Positions 63,421 through 64,000 of a DNA stretch of 64,000 nucleotides are shown here, piece by piece. The notes beneath the pieces are model-generated. The model saw nothing but the letters and a program-made list of their open reading frames with translations. It searched no databases and was not told the origin of the DNA. Within the stretch, counting starts at the first letter, position 1. Every line of letters begins with the position of its first letter. The position numbers and the translations under genes are program-made. This DNA comes from Botryllus schlosseri. Taxonomy: Eukaryota. Where the stretch lies: contig CM119372.1 in the NCBI GenBank assembly GCA_051294905.1, forward strand, positions 39,496,001-39,560,000, given 5' to 3'.

Positions 63421-64000
63421 TTAATACAATCCGGCCCTATAAAATACACTTGAAATCGATTGAGAATGATGATGAATTTGCCCCAATCGCATACTTATCG
63501 TTATAGATATGGAAAGATATAACGGTTTAGTGACCCCGTAAACATAGAATTTGGTGTCGGATTACCCATACTAATTGCGAATATACATGGACGCGAAACG
63601 GAAAGTTAATTTCCATTTTTTTTGACTATGAAATATTTATATTCAAAGACAGCACACGGATGCTGGCCGAGCAGACAATAACTCCAATGTTATCGTATAA
63701 CCACAAGCAGCTAACCAGGGAATAACCGCAAACCCCAAAATTAGAGATGACCGAGCTCGAAGAGAGCTTAAAATTATTTCGGATATCAGAATATATTATC
63801 GAGAAAATTTGGAAGAATAACTTTAATATAGGTACTCCCCATCCTCAGAATAGAATTTAGAGAAGTTGGCAACTCGACGACCGCCAGTAACGAGTCACGA
63901 CACACCACGAAATACGAAGTTTATTACACCCGCAACACCCAGCTCCGTCACATGTGCTGTCAAAACAATCCGCGGCGATAACACCATTGTGTACTCAAAG

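Overview
AT-rich eukaryotic genomic DNA with spliceosomal GT-AG introns and a very high transposon load. The gene types and repeats suggest a marine invertebrate, possibly a tunicate, but that is inference only. Two host genes are visible, convergently oriented. (1) A multi-exon NLR-type gene on the + strand (about 6.6-37.8 kb): one large NACHT exon, a few LRR-like exons and a non-LRR C-terminal tail, with no recognisable N-terminal death-fold domain and a DGLDQ Walker B. (2) The last coding exon of a fibrinogen-related-domain (FReD) gene on the - strand (62009-62366), which the ORF track missed. The rest is mostly mobile DNA: two decayed full-length Ty3/Gypsy LTR retrotransposons, more than 25 non-autonomous hAT-type TIR elements with 8-bp TSDs, Chapaev3-like relics, a piggyBac-like element and tRNA-derived SINEs. 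One Gypsy element is Mag-like with a tRNA-Leu PBS and lies in an NLR intron. The other has no tRNA PBS but carries a 15-nt sequence complementary to its own LTR, suggesting self-priming. Elements nest up to six deep. All coordinates, TSDs and translations were read by hand.
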